NCBI GenBank assembly: GCA_963708135.1
Contig: OY970192.1
Span: 3,954,529-4,018,528 of the forward strand
Length of the DNA: 64,000 bases
Direction of reading: 5' to 3'
From: an uncultured Gemmatimonadales bacterium
Lineage (GTDB): Bacteria; Gemmatimonadota; Gemmatimonadetes; Longimicrobiales; RSA9
Numbering within the stretch: position 1 is the stretch's first letter; each line of letters begins with the position of its first letter. A program made the position numbers and the translations under genes. This document shows positions 27,890 to 37,995 of the stretch, one piece after another. The notes below the pieces were generated by a model, which was not told the origin of the DNA, searched no databases, and was given only the letters and a program-made list of their open reading frames with translations.

Positions 27890-28916
27890 TCATCTCGCGG
27901 CGGGGTTTGCCCGCCCGCCCCGCCCCGCCGCCCACGCGTCCGCCGCAGCCGCGAACCGCCGTACGATCGCGCCTGCCGCCTCCACCGCGTGGATCCCGTC
28001 CACGCTCCTGCCCGCCTGGAAGTAGTCCGCGTACGCCGAGCCCCGCAGCGAGGACCGCTTGAGCTTCCACGCGGCCTGGAGCTGGTACAGGAGCCGCATC
28101 GCGTGTTTCGTGCGCCGCCCCCTGAGCATCCGTCGCGCCAGCCACCCCGCCTTCGTGCCCACCCGCTCGATGTACGGCGTCCGAATCACCGCCAACGGCA
28201 CTCCCGTCACCTTCTCCGTGATCGCAATGTCATCGGCGTTCGCCTCCAGGATCGCCCTCTGGTAGTCCGGATGCACCCGGCACTCCGTCGTCGCGATGAA
28301 GCGGGTGCCCATCTGCACCCCGGCATAGCCGAGCGCGAGCGCCCCGACGAATCCCGCCTCGTCGCCGACGCCGCCCGCGCACACCACCGGAACACCCAGG
28401 TCGCCCAGCTCGTCCATGAGCTGCTCCGGCGTCCTCGGGCCCGCGTGTCCGCCCGCTCGGCTGTTCACCGCGATCAGTCCCCGCACCCCGTTGTCCAGCG
28501 CCTTCAGCGCCCACTTCCGCTCCGTCACGTCGTGGTACACGATCCCGCCAGCCCGCCCCACCCGCTCCACTACCCAGCGCGGGTTGCCCAGCGACGTCAC
28601 ATAGAAGCGCACCCCCTCCTCCAGCGCCACCTCCAGCCATCCCCTCCATCCGCCGCCGATACGCCTTCTGCGACCGCTCCACGATGACGTTCATCCCGAT
28701 CGGCTTCGTCGTCAGCCGTCGGATGAGACGCACCCCCTCCCGAAACTCGTGGCCGTGCACGTACACCAGCGACATCGGCTGCAGGATCCCCAGCGCCCCC
28801 GCCTTCGAGGCCGCCGCCACCAGCTCCGGGTTGCTGCACGGGTACATCGCGCCGCACAGGATCGGAACCCCTACTCCCGCATCGCGCGTCAGCGCCGTCT
28901 CGATTCCCACGCTCAT
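27890..28916 (-). pseudogene. Nitronate monooxygenase (NMO family), reading frame broken by one extra base
   Basis: The N-terminal frame (from the ATG at 28916) reads MSVGIETALTRDAGVGVPILCGAMYPCSNPELVAAASKAGALGILQP...AYRRRMEG. The C-terminal frame reads (W)LEVALEEGVRFYVTSLGNPRW...AGGHAGP...GVQMGTRF. Deleting one C from the run at 28641-28644 joins them as RRRMEGWLEVALEEG. Confidence 0.8.
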
Positions 28917-29395
28917 CTCGCCTCCCGCGGCCCGATCCGCCACCGCACACGCGCCCGCGCCACCACTTCCCCCGCCTCGTCCCGGATCTCGGCCGGGAAC
29001 GTGTGCTCGCCCTCCACCCGCCAGTCCGGAATCGCCGTGTCGCACAAGCCCGTCATCCGCCCTCGCCCCTTCTTCACGTAGTCCACCTCCAGGCCCACCG
29101 GGATGCCCCGCGCCTCCGCCGGCAAGCCGTACGTCACCGCCAGCCCCGACACCAGCTCCGCCAGGTTCGCCAGCGCGATCGCGTGCACCGAGCCCAGATG
29201 GTTCCGCACCCGCCGCCGGCCCGCCATCAGGATCCGGCAGTGGCCCGCCCTCAGTTCCACCACCCGAGGCCGGATCGTGCCGGAGTACGGCACCACCAGC
29301 GAGATCACCCGGCTGAACGTCCAGCGGCCGCCCGGAATCCCCGACAGCCGGTCCCAGCTCGTCCGCACGAACCCCTCCGGCGACGCCAGTCGCAT
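28913..29395 (-). CDS. Hotdog-fold thioesterase, DUF4442-like
   Basis: 160 aa from the ATG at 29395. Motif region: PYSGTIRPRVVELRAGHCRILM...NHLGSVHAIALANLAELVSG...VDYVKKGRG. Its stop overlaps the NMO start (ATGA). Confidence 0.65.
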   Translation of the reverse strand: MRLASPEGFVRTSWDRLSGIPGGRWTFSRVISLVVPYSGTIRPRVVELRAGHCRILMAGRRRVRNHLGSVHAIALANLAELVSGLAVTYGLPAEARGIPVGLEVDYVKKGRGRMTGLCDTAIPDWRVEGEHTFPAEIRDEAGEVVARARVRWRIGPREAR

Positions 29396-29575
29396 CCCGC
29401 CCCCTTTCCCGCTCGGCCTTGATCCCCCAGCCCCTGGCCCCATCCCCTGAAACGGCTGTTTTCCACCACCCCGTCCTGTTCCCACTCCCCACCGCAACCC
29501 CCTGCCCGCGGCCCCCTTCCACCCCCTCACCACTCCTACAACCACCGTTTGACCCACCCCACTTCGACAGAATTC
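29396..29575. repeat. Strand-asymmetric C-rich tract (G-runs on minus strand) upstream of the thioesterase/NMO pair
   Basis: About 180 nt of the plus strand have very few G and many CCC/CCCC/CCCCC runs, for example cccctttccc...gatcccccagcccctggccccatcccc...cccactccccaccgcaaccccctgccc. Confidence 0.5.
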
Positions 29576-29774
29576 CAATGGGGATTGGAAACACCGATTC
29601 CCCACCCGCCGTGCCCCTTGAGCTTGGAGGCGCAATTGCTTATGTTTAGACCCGGTTCCGAGCGAACTGCCCGACCCGGGAACTCAGGCGGAAAATAGAG
29701 GATTTTGAGCTTGTGGGCGGATCGCCGCGAGGTCGCGTGTGGTCCGATTGATGGCATTGAAAGGAGACCCGCGC

Positions 29775-30398
29775 TTGGCTACGACGATGTTGAAGGGCAC
29801 GCCGCGCAGGCGGGTGCAGCTCGGAGAGATGGCGGACAACGCGCTCGTGGCGGCGCACCTCGAGGGCCACCCCGGGGCGTTCAACGAGCTCTACGGGCGC
29901 TATCATGACAAGCTGGTCCATTTCATTGCGCGCAAGACCGGCGACCGCGATCGCGCCGAGGATCTGGTCCAGGAGGCGTTCATCCGGGTCACCCGGCATC
30001 TGCACCGCTTCGACCAGTCGAAGAAGTTCTCGACCTGGATCTACACCATCGCGGGCAACCTGTCCAAGAACGAGCTGCGCAATCGCTCGCGGAGTCCGCT
30101 GGTCCTGTTCCAGAAGCTGACCACGCACTGGGACCCGGACCACCGGCCCCTCCAGTTCGAGGACCTGAGCAACCGGCCGGACGATCTGTACCGCAAGCGC
30201 TTCCTCCAGGACCTGGTGGAGCGTACGGTCGAGCAGCTGCCCGAGCACCACCAGCTCGTCTTCCGGCTCCGCGAGCTCGAGGGCAAGAGCTACGAGGAGA
30301 TCGCCGAGATCACCGGCGTGAACCTCGGCACGGTGAAGAGCCGGCTGCACCGCGCCCGGACCAGCTTTGCGGAGCGGATCGAGCCGCACCTGAACTAG
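29775..30398 (+). CDS. ECF-type RNA polymerase sigma-70 family factor
   Basis: Region 2: DRAEDLVQEAFIRVTRHLHRFD...FSTWIYTIAGNLSKNE. Region 4: LPEHHQLVFRLRELEGKSYEEIAEITGVNLGTVKSRLHRAR. I chose the TTG start at 29775, 7 nt after AAGGAGA. The track ORF starts at a GTG at 29739, and ATGs at 29751 and 29787 are alternatives. Confidence 0.85.
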   Translation: MATTMLKGTPRRRVQLGEMADNALVAAHLEGHPGAFNELYGRYHDKLVHFIARKTGDRDRAEDLVQEAFIRVTRHLHRFDQSKKFSTWIYTIAGNLSKNELRNRSRSPLVLFQKLTTHWDPDHRPLQFEDLSNRPDDLYRKRFLQDLVERTVEQLPEHHQLVFRLRELEGKSYEEIAEITGVNLGTVKSRLHRARTSFAERIEPHLN

Positions 30399-30473
30399 GC
30401 GATGTTTCCCGTCCGCCAAAAGGCGCCGCGCCCACTCCCGGGCGCGGCGCCTTTCGCATCCCCGCCCGTCCGC

Positions 30474-31325
30474 TCACCGCCCGCACGTCACCCCGTCGGG
30501 ACCCGCCGAGAACGTGAACCAGCGTCGCCCCCCGCTCAGCGTCTGCTCGACCACGGAGCCGCATGGCACGCGCGCCCGGCCGGCGTCGATCACCAGCGCG
30601 GGCCGGCCCTGGATCTCCAGCCGGAACTCGCGCGCGTCGCGCGGCAACACGATCGCGAGCGAGGTCGGCCCCTCGAGCGGCGGCAGCGCCAGCCGTCCAG
30701 CGCTGGGCCTGGGGACCGAGATCGGCCGGCTGCCCAGGATGCGGAAGCTGTTGCCTTCCCAGCGGACCGTCAGGGCCCGCAGGCTGGAGGCATCGGGAAG
30801 GGAGACGACGGCCGGCGGCATCCCGGCAAGGTAGGCGGGCTGGAGCATCGCCTCCCCCGAGCTCGGCGCGGGCGGCGCCGGCAGCGCCTCGGCCGCACGC
30901 TCGCCGTACGGCCGCGGCGGCTTCCACGAGTAGGACGCGCTTCGCTCGAGCGTGCCGAACGTCTGGGCCGCGCCAGCACCGGGCAGCCGCACGCGCACGG
31001 CAGCCTGCTCGGGCACGACGACGAGATAGTCCACCCGTGTTGCCCCGGCGGAGGTGAGCGTCAGGCGCTCGCGCGTGTCCGAGATCCCGAACCCGGCGAA
31101 GCCGTTCGCCGCCCGGGCGGTCACCTCGACCTGTCCCCGCTGTCCGTGGATCACGTGCACGGTGCCCGGCGCGTCCGACTGTACGTCCACCGTCAGACTC
31201 GAGCCGAGGAACGTGAACAGGCGGTGCTCCGTCGGCTGCAGCACCACCGCCTGCTGTGCGCGGGCCACGCGCGGAAGTGCCGCCCCGGCGGCGAGCGCGG
31301 CCACCACCATCGTAAGCGCTTTCAT
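30474..31325 (-). CDS. Hypothetical secreted protein
   Basis: 283 aa from the ATG at 31325 after AAGGAGAG. The signal peptide reads MKALTMVVAALAAGAALPRVARAQ. I recognise no family. Confidence 0.55.
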   Translation of the reverse strand: MKALTMVVAALAAGAALPRVARAQQAVVLQPTEHRLFTFLGSSLTVDVQSDAPGTVHVIHGQRGQVEVTARAANGFAGFGISDTRERLTLTSAGATRVDYLVVVPEQAAVRVRLPGAGAAQTFGTLERSASYSWKPPRPYGERAAEALPAPPAPSSGEAMLQPAYLAGMPPAVVSLPDASSLRALTVRWEGNSFRILGSRPISVPRPSAGRLALPPLEGPTSLAIVLPRDAREFRLEIQGRPALVIDAGRARVPCGSVVEQTLSGGRRWFTFSAGPDGVTCGR

Positions 31326-31428
31326 GATCTCTCCTTTCCGCTGCACCGGCCGACCCGGGCGAGGGGCACCGTCGGCTTTCCCATGGTACCCGTCCGGGCC
31401 GGCAAGGGTCGGCGAGCGGCCTGCGGCC

Positions 31429-31986
31429 TCAGCCGCCGCTCGTATCGGGCGGCGGCGAGGGCGACGTCGTGCCCGCGGCGGGCTCCACGTTGAGGTACAG
31501 TGTCTTCTGCAACGTCCACCCGGACTCCGGCTGGAGGGCCGCTTCCTGGACGCGTTGCGAGGACTCCGCGGGCGTCGCCTGCTCCAGCGTGCCCGTCAGC
31601 CCCGTCAGCTGCTGGCCGGGCTGCGCCTTCGCCCCCGACTCCACCCACAGGACGTCGTTGCCGGAGCGCAGCCAGAAACCGGTCCCCGTGGGCTTCCCCA
31701 CCACCACCCCGCGCGCGCTCACGCGCTGCCCCACGTCCTCGGGCCCGAGCGGCAGGAGGCTGGAAAGCTCCACCGCCGTCCCCTCCGGCGCCCCGGGCGC
31801 AGGCATCGCCGCGGGTGCGGCCGGCGTCTCCGGCTGCGTTCCCGGGGGCGCCTCGGCCGCCCGCGTCGTCTTGCGCGTGTTGACCAGCGCGGCAATGCCC
31901 CAGATGAGCAAGGCGAGCACCACCAGCCCCACGAGCCAGGGAATGACCGACGGCCCCTGACGCTTCTCGAGATTGATGTCCACCAT
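31429..31986 (-). CDS. Hypothetical single-pass membrane protein
   Basis: 185 aa from the ATG at 31986 after AAGGAGA. It has an N-terminal TM (IPWLVGLVVLALLIWGIAALV), a Pro/Ala linker and a C-terminal globular part. Confidence 0.55.
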   Translation of the reverse strand: MVDINLEKRQGPSVIPWLVGLVVLALLIWGIAALVNTRKTTRAAEAPPGTQPETPAAPAAMPAPGAPEGTAVELSSLLPLGPEDVGQRVSARGVVVGKPTGTGFWLRSGNDVLWVESGAKAQPGQQLTGLTGTLEQATPAESSQRVQEAALQPESGWTLQKTLYLNVEPAAGTTSPSPPPDTSGG

Positions 31987-32159
31987 GGTTCATATCTCCT
32001 TGTGCCGCAACTATTTCGCGCTCTAGTGGCGCACCCTTGTCCGGCACCCAGCAGCAGCAAGTTGTGTTCCCCATCCGGGACGACCGGCACTCGCGGATGC
32101 GCCACGGGGCGAGGTCGCTTCCGCGCCCCCGCCCCGACCCAGCGTGAAGCCCCCGAGGG

Positions 32160-33311
32160 CTACACGATCTGCTTCTTGATCCGGATCCCGCGTCGCTCCA
32201 GCTGCCGCACGTATTCCTCGGCCGGCACCACCTCGTCCGGCGTGGCCACGCCCGCGCCGCCCGTCTTCCCCTCCGCCTGCAGCTGCCCGGTGATGGAGAG
32301 CGAGTAGCCGGTCGTCCGCTCCATCGAGCTGATGCCGTTCTTCTCGTCGAAGTAGTCGAGCATGTCGTAGACGATCCGGCGCGGCTCCCCGTCCTTCCGC
32401 CCATCCACCTCCACCCGCATCGCGACCAGGTCCTTCCCGCCGGTGCGCCTGAGCCGCGGCTCCACCACGGCGATGAACAGGTCCCGCGGCACCACCTCCT
32501 GCCCGTCCACGGCCACCGGTTCGAGCCCGAGCAGACCCAGCTCCCGCACCGCGCGCATGATCGAGGCGTGCCCGGGGTAGCGGAGCGTCTTGTACTGCAT
32601 CTCGCGCACCCGCCCCTCGTAGCGCCAGGGCAGCGTGGACAGGCCGCCGCCCGTCTGGAACGCCTCGAGGATCCCGACCGGCGCGGGAAAATCCACCGGC
32701 TCGAGCTCGGAGAGAGCGTCCACCTGCTTCGGCTTCCCCTCGCGCAGCACCCACGCCGGCGTGGTGTAGTAGTCGAGCACGCCGTGAAGCGAGTAGACGA
32801 TCTGGTAGTTCAGCGGCGGCTCCGGGTGCTGCGGCAGCCCGCCGACGCGGATCTTGACGGAATCCGTCGCCTCCAGCTCGCGGATCCCCTGCGCGGCCAG
32901 GATGTTCACCATCCCGGGCGCCAGCCCGCAGTCGGGGATGACGCTCGCGCCCCTCTCCTTCGCGCGCCCATCCAGCTCCAGCTGCTGGAAGACGATCTGC
33001 GTGTTGCCGCCCAGGTCACAGTAGTGGACGCCCGCGTCCACCGCCGCCACCGTCGCGTCCAGGTTGAAGTAGTACGGCAATGCGTTCATGCACACCCGCC
33101 GCCCCTCCATGACCCTGCGCAGCGCCGCGGTGTCGCGCGCGTCCAGGGTGACCAGCTCCAGCCGCGCGTCCCCGCGGTACGTCGCCAGGAACGGCGGGAT
33201 CGCGTTAACATCAATGTCCGCCAGCGTCACCCGCTCCACCGCTTCGTTCTGAAGCAGGTCGTACGCGCACGCCGAGCCCTGTAGCCCGGCCCCCAGCACC
33301 AGCATCCGCAT
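32160..33311 (-). CDS. Saccharopine dehydrogenase family NAD(P)-binding protein
   Basis: 383 aa from the ATG at 33311 after GGAGGG. Rossmann start: MRMLVLGAGLQGSACAYDL. Motifs: HYCDLGGN and IPDCGLAPGMVNILA. Confidence 0.85.
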   Translation of the reverse strand: MRMLVLGAGLQGSACAYDLLQNEAVERVTLADIDVNAIPPFLATYRGDARLELVTLDARDTAALRRVMEGRRVCMNALPYYFNLDATVAAVDAGVHYCDLGGNTQIVFQQLELDGRAKERGASVIPDCGLAPGMVNILAAQGIRELEATDSVKIRVGGLPQHPEPPLNYQIVYSLHGVLDYYTTPAWVLREGKPKQVDALSELEPVDFPAPVGILEAFQTGGGLSTLPWRYEGRVREMQYKTLRYPGHASIMRAVRELGLLGLEPVAVDGQEVVPRDLFIAVVEPRLRRTGGKDLVAMRVEVDGRKDGEPRRIVYDMLDYFDEKNGISSMERTTGYSLSITGQLQAEGKTGGAGVATPDEVVPAEEYVRQLERRGIRIKKQIV

Positions 33312-33437
33312 GTACCCTCCGAGATGAGATCGAGCGGGAAGGATCCGCCTGCGCATTCCCTCCGTTGTGTGCCATCCGCCGGACCCGTCGTCGGGCTCCG
33401 GTCCAGCCTTCCACAGTGCGTTCCCCCGCCCCTGGTG

Positions 33438-35195
33438 TCAACTCGGCGGCGCAGGCTCCACGACGGCCAGCACCCAACCGTCCGGGTCCGCCACCACGCC
33501 CGTGGGCCGCGCCGGCAGCGGCACCGCCGCGGTCGTGGTCCGGCCGCGTAGCTCGATGCTGCGCCGCACGTCCCCGCCTCGGGTGTGCACCAGCAGCGTG
33601 AGCGGCATCCGGAACGCCGGCCACGACGCGGGCTGCACCTGCTCGACCGTGACAGCGGCGCGGCGGCTCGCCGCATCCCATTGCCAGGCGACGCGCAGCC
33701 GCGGGTACCCCGGCTGGCGCAGCCACTCGTCGAAGAACCACCCCAGGTCCTTCCCGGAGGCCGTCTCCATCGCGGACCGCAGGTCCGAGGTGAGGGCCGT
33801 TCCGTTCACGTGGGCCCGATAGTAGCCCCGGATCCCGCGGAAGAACGCGCTGTCTCCCAGCACGCCCCGGAGCATGTGGAGCACCCACGCGCCCTTCTGG
33901 TAGTTGTTCGCGTTCAGGAGCGCGAACAGGTCGTGCTGCGCCGTGTCGATTACCGGCCGGTCCACCACGTCCGAGCGCAGGTACGCCGCGCGGTTCTCCG
34001 CCATCATCGCCCGGAACGCCGCCTCGCCGTCCTCCTGCTCGTAGAACAGCGCCGCGAAGTACGTCGCGAATCCCTCCGAGAGCCAGAGATGGTGCCAGTC
34101 CGCCTCCGTCACCGCATCACCGAACCACTGGTGCGCCGTCTCGTGCGCCGCGGTCCGCTCGATGTCGTGGCCACTCGCCAGGGCGCGCTCGTCGTAGAAG
34201 ATGGCGCTCGCGTTCTCCATGCCGCCGAAACGCGTCGACGACTCCACGTGCGCCAGCTTCCCGTACTGGAAAGGACCGACCAGCCGGCTGTAGACCGCGA
34301 CCATGCTGTCCGCCCGCCGGAACGAGCGCGCCGCCGCAGCCGTGTCCTGCGGGAACGCCCACCAGCTCACGACCGGGCAGCGCTCGCCCTCACGCCCGCA
34401 CACCGCGCCCACGAGCCCGATGCGGAACTCGGCCGCGCCGATCACCATCGTGTACGTCGGGATCGACACCGCCGTCGCCCACCGCCATACCGCGCGGGGC
34501 ACCGATGCGCCGCCCGCCGGCACCAGCGGGGGGGGGCCGCCGCTGTCCGCGCGGACGCCGTTCGCCACCACCGACCACGCGGCCGGCGCGCTCACGGTGA
34601 ACGCCACCGTCGCCTTGTCGCTCGGATGGTCGATCGACGGGAACCAGAAGCGCGCCCGGTTCGGCCAGTCGTCGGCGAATGCCGCACGCACGCCGTGCGC
34701 GTTCGGCCTGATGATCAGCCCGTCGTCCGGGTGACCGTGGTACAGGACCGCCACCGCGAGCGTGTCCGCCCCGCCGGCCGTGCCGGGGCCCGGCGGCAGC
34801 GCCACGCGCAACTTCCCGTCGGCATAGCGGTAGCCGGCCGGGGACCCGTCCACGGCCACCGAGTTGACCAGCAGCCCCGTCAGGTCCAGCGCCAGTGTGT
34901 CCAGCGCCTCATCCGTGCGCGCCACCCGCGCCGCAGCGCGCCCGCGGATCAGCGAGCCGGTGTCGGGAAGCGCGAGCGAGATGTCGTAGTGGAGCGCGTC
35001 GAATCCCGGCTCGTACGCGCCCGGCGGCGGCGCCATGCCGGCCTGAATCGGCGGCGGCTCCGGGGCCTCGGCCGCCACCGGCAGCGGCGGCTCCCGGGGC
35101 TCGGTGCGGGGCGGAGGATAGCGCGTCCCGCTCCCGGCCCGGGTGCAGCCCGCCGCGAGCGCGAGCAGGAAGGTCACAGCGGCGCGGCATCGCAT
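33438..35195 (-). CDS. M1 family aminopeptidase (lipoprotein signal)
   Basis: 585 aa. Signal and lipobox: FLLALAAGC. GxMEN-type motif: RFGGMENAS. Zinc motif: HETAHQWFGDAVTEADWHHLWLSEGFATYF. Confidence 0.9.
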   Translation of the reverse strand: MRCRAAVTFLLALAAGCTRAGSGTRYPPPRTEPREPPLPVAAEAPEPPPIQAGMAPPPGAYEPGFDALHYDISLALPDTGSLIRGRAAARVARTDEALDTLALDLTGLLVNSVAVDGSPAGYRYADGKLRVALPPGPGTAGGADTLAVAVLYHGHPDDGLIIRPNAHGVRAAFADDWPNRARFWFPSIDHPSDKATVAFTVSAPAAWSVVANGVRADSGGPPPLVPAGGASVPRAVWRWATAVSIPTYTMVIGAAEFRIGLVGAVCGREGERCPVVSWWAFPQDTAAAARSFRRADSMVAVYSRLVGPFQYGKLAHVESSTRFGGMENASAIFYDERALASGHDIERTAAHETAHQWFGDAVTEADWHHLWLSEGFATYFAALFYEQEDGEAAFRAMMAENRAAYLRSDVVDRPVIDTAQHDLFALLNANNYQKGAWVLHMLRGVLGDSAFFRGIRGYYRAHVNGTALTSDLRSAMETASGKDLGWFFDEWLRQPGYPRLRVAWQWDAASRRAAVTVEQVQPASWPAFRMPLTLLVHTRGGDVRRSIELRGRTTTAAVPLPARPTGVVADPDGWVLAVVEPAPPS

Positions 35196-35289
35196 CGGCC
35201 CGGCCTCCTCCTATGACGGTATTCTCGTTCCCGGCCGCGCGCGCCGGCCGGGCCGCCCCACGCCCGGCGGAACCGCCGGCGCCGGGCCG

Positions 35290-37797
35290 CTACCTCGGCG
35301 GGGACCGGACGATGTCTCTCCCGATGGGCATGCTGCCCCGCGGCGGCGGCGGCGGCGTGCTGTCCCGCGCCGCCCGTGTGGTGTCCCGCGCCGGCGCCGT
35401 GCTGTCCGGCGGAGCCGGCTTCTCCTTCCCCGCCTTCGGCGGCGGGGGCTGCTTCCCCGGCGCGGGCTTCGACGGACTCCCCTTCTTCACGCTGTCGGCA
35501 CGGATGGAGTCCGGCGACGTGCGCGGAAGGGGCGGGAGCGTATCCACGCGCGGGGGGATCCGCTGCACGCGCGCCGTCGTATCCACGGGGACCCGGCCCG
35601 GCATCGGCACTCGCTGCCTGGTCGTGTCCATCTCCTCGGCCGCCGCCGGCACCGTGTCGGAGCCGGGGTCACTGAAGATGCGCGCCTTCAGCCGGTCCCA
35701 CCAGCTACGGTCCCCGGCCGCCACCCCACCCAGCGTGTCGTACGGCTGCTCCGCCGCGTAGCCCGGCGGCACGCCGTAGCAGGCCGCCATCGGCGCCGTC
35801 CCCTGGATGAAGTACTCGGTCTGGGTCGGCCCCATCGGCGGGCATTCCGGAGAGCTGATGTCCCCGTTCGCGTCCACGACCATCGCCTCTACGCCCGCCG
35901 GCATGCCCCACCCCCCGCCGTTCGTGCCCACCCGCGCCATCACCCGGCCCCACACCGGCGCCGCCAGCGTCCCGCCCTGCCCACCCCGGACGATCGTCTG
36001 CGGTTTGTCCAGGCCGACCCACACCCCCATCACCAGCTGCGGCGTGTAGCCGACGAACCACGCGTCCGCGCCGTCCTGCGTCGTGCCCGTCTTGCCCGCC
36101 GCCACGCCGTGGAAGCCGACGGCCCGGACCGCCGTCCCCGTTCCCTCGTCCACCACGTCCCGCAGGATGCTCGTCAGCACGAACGCGGTGGCCGGATCCA
36201 GCACCTGCTGCGTCTGGACCGGCTGCGCCCATATCGTCCGCCCATCCCGATCCTCCACCTCCGTCACCAGACGCGGCGTCGGCCGCGTCCCCAGCGTCGC
36301 GAACGCCGCATAGGCATCCGTCAGCTCCAGCGGCGTGACCGAGACCACCCCCAGCGCCACCGAAGGTACATCCGGGATCGTCTCGTCGATCCCGATCTGG
36401 TGCGCCTCGTCGATGATCCGGCCATACCCGACCGCCTGCGCCAGCCGCACCGTCGGAATGTTCAGCGAGTGCACCAACGCATCGTGCAGCGTGACCTCGC
36501 CCGTCTGCTCACCCTCGAAGTTCTGCGGCGCCCATACCTTCCCGCCGCTCGCCGCCAGCCGCAGCGGAGACCCCGACAGCCGGTACGTCGGCGGATACCC
36601 CGCCTGCAGCGCCGCCGCGTATACGAACGGCTTGAACGCGCTCCCCGGCTGCCGCTTCGCCAGCAGCACCCGGTCGAACTTCGACTGGTCGAAGTCGCGC
36701 CCCCCGACCCACGCCCGCACATCCCCCGTCCGCGCATCCAGCATCACAAGCGCGCCCTGCAGATATTTCGTCCCTTCCTGCGACGTGTCCTGCGATGCCG
36801 GGTCGTAGCGCGGATGCCCGTACCCCCCGTACGCCCCGTGCTCGATCGATTCCAGCTGCCGCTCCAGCTCGGCCTTCGCCACCCGCTGCGCGTCGAGATC
36901 CAGCGTCGTGTGGATCCGTAGCCCCCCGGTGTACAGCTCATCACCCAGCTGATCCTCCAGCGTCTGCCGCACCGCCTCGATGAAGTACGGCGCCTGGTTC
37001 TCCTCTCCCTTCGAGCGGCCATGCGCCAGCCGCAGCCGCGCCGATTCCGCCGCGCGCTTCTGCGCCCCCGTGATCAGCCCCTGCTCCGCCATCTTGTCCA
37101 GCACCACGTTCCGCCGCGCCAGCGCCGCCTCCCGGTCCGAGCGCGGGTTGTTCCGCGACGGCGCCTGCGGCAGACCCGCCAGCGTCGCCGCCTCCGAAAG
37201 GCTCAGCCGGCGCGCCGGCTTGCCGAAGTACTCCTGCGCCGCCGCGTCGATGCCCCATGCACCATGACCAAAGTAGATCTGGTTCAGGTACAGCTGCAGG
37301 ATGTCCTGCTTCGTGAACCGGTCCTCGATCTTCTCCGCCACCCGCATCTCCGACAACTTCCGCCACGGCGTCTTCTCCTGCGCCGGCAGCCGGTTCGGAA
37401 ACAGGTTGCGCGCCAGCTGCATCGTGATCGTGCTGAACCCCTCCCGGAAGTCCATCGCCTTCGCATCCGCCAGCACCGCCCCTGGCACCCGCCGCCAGTC
37501 CACCCCGTGATGCTCCCAGAACCGCTGGTCCTCCACCGCCACGAACGCCTCGCCCACATACTTCGGCAGCGAGTCCAGCGGCACGATCTCCCGGTTCACC
37601 CGGAACAGCTTCCCCACTTCCTGGCCCCGCCGGTCCAGCACCACCGACGCCTCATCCGGGATATAGGCCCGCAGCCCCTTCACGTCCGGACACCCCTCGA
37701 ACCCGCACGTGTAGTAGGTCGCCACGCCCGCCAGCAGCGCGAGCGCGCCAACCACCAGCAGAATCGCCAGTGCCACACCCGCCTTCGTTCGCTTCAT
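35290..37797 (-). CDS. Penicillin-binding protein 1A (bifunctional glycosyltransferase/transpeptidase)
   Basis: 835 aa from the ATG at 37797. GT51 motifs: AFVAVEDQRFWEHHGVD and RKLSEMRVA. Transpeptidase motifs: SAFKP, SLN and KTGTT. The C-terminal tail is Pro-rich. Confidence 0.9.
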   Translation of the reverse strand: MKRTKAGVALAILLVVGALALLAGVATYYTCGFEGCPDVKGLRAYIPDEASVVLDRRGQEVGKLFRVNREIVPLDSLPKYVGEAFVAVEDQRFWEHHGVDWRRVPGAVLADAKAMDFREGFSTITMQLARNLFPNRLPAQEKTPWRKLSEMRVAEKIEDRFTKQDILQLYLNQIYFGHGAWGIDAAAQEYFGKPARRLSLSEAATLAGLPQAPSRNNPRSDREAALARRNVVLDKMAEQGLITGAQKRAAESARLRLAHGRSKGEENQAPYFIEAVRQTLEDQLGDELYTGGLRIHTTLDLDAQRVAKAELERQLESIEHGAYGGYGHPRYDPASQDTSQEGTKYLQGALVMLDARTGDVRAWVGGRDFDQSKFDRVLLAKRQPGSAFKPFVYAAALQAGYPPTYRLSGSPLRLAASGGKVWAPQNFEGEQTGEVTLHDALVHSLNIPTVRLAQAVGYGRIIDEAHQIGIDETIPDVPSVALGVVSVTPLELTDAYAAFATLGTRPTPRLVTEVEDRDGRTIWAQPVQTQQVLDPATAFVLTSILRDVVDEGTGTAVRAVGFHGVAAGKTGTTQDGADAWFVGYTPQLVMGVWVGLDKPQTIVRGGQGGTLAAPVWGRVMARVGTNGGGWGMPAGVEAMVVDANGDISSPECPPMGPTQTEYFIQGTAPMAACYGVPPGYAAEQPYDTLGGVAAGDRSWWDRLKARIFSDPGSDTVPAAAEEMDTTRQRVPMPGRVPVDTTARVQRIPPRVDTLPPLPRTSPDSIRADSVKKGSPSKPAPGKQPPPPKAGKEKPAPPDSTAPARDTTRAARDSTPPPPPRGSMPIGRDIVRSPPR

Positions 37798-37966
37798 GCA
37801 CCCGTTCCCTTTGGATTGGTCCACCTCTCCTATCGGCAAGTACCAGACCAGGATAGCCCCCCTGCCCCCACCTGGCCGCCACCCTCGACGCCCCCGTTGT
37901 CCCCCACCCGCCGTCCCCCGGGGGATTGACGCTCCCCCCGCCCGTGTCCCATCTTTCCACGTCTAC

Positions 37967-37988
37967 CGAACGAGCGTTCGAACGAGCG
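37967..37988. promoter_or_regulatory. Candidate operator (pseudopalindrome plus overlapping half-site repeat) just upstream of paaA
   Basis: CGAACGAGCGTTCG (37967-37980) has 6-bp inverted arms around a 2-nt centre. CGAACGAGCG recurs at 37979-37988. The element ends 7 nt before the paaA ATG. Confidence 0.45.
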
Positions 37989-37995
37989 GAGGACC

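Noticed and set aside
30399-31325. An anti-sigma factor partner immediately downstream of the ECF sigma gene.
   Set aside because: The next gene is convergent (minus strand) and encodes a signal-peptide protein with no zinc-finger or anti-sigma N-terminal motif. No co-directional ORF follows the sigma gene.
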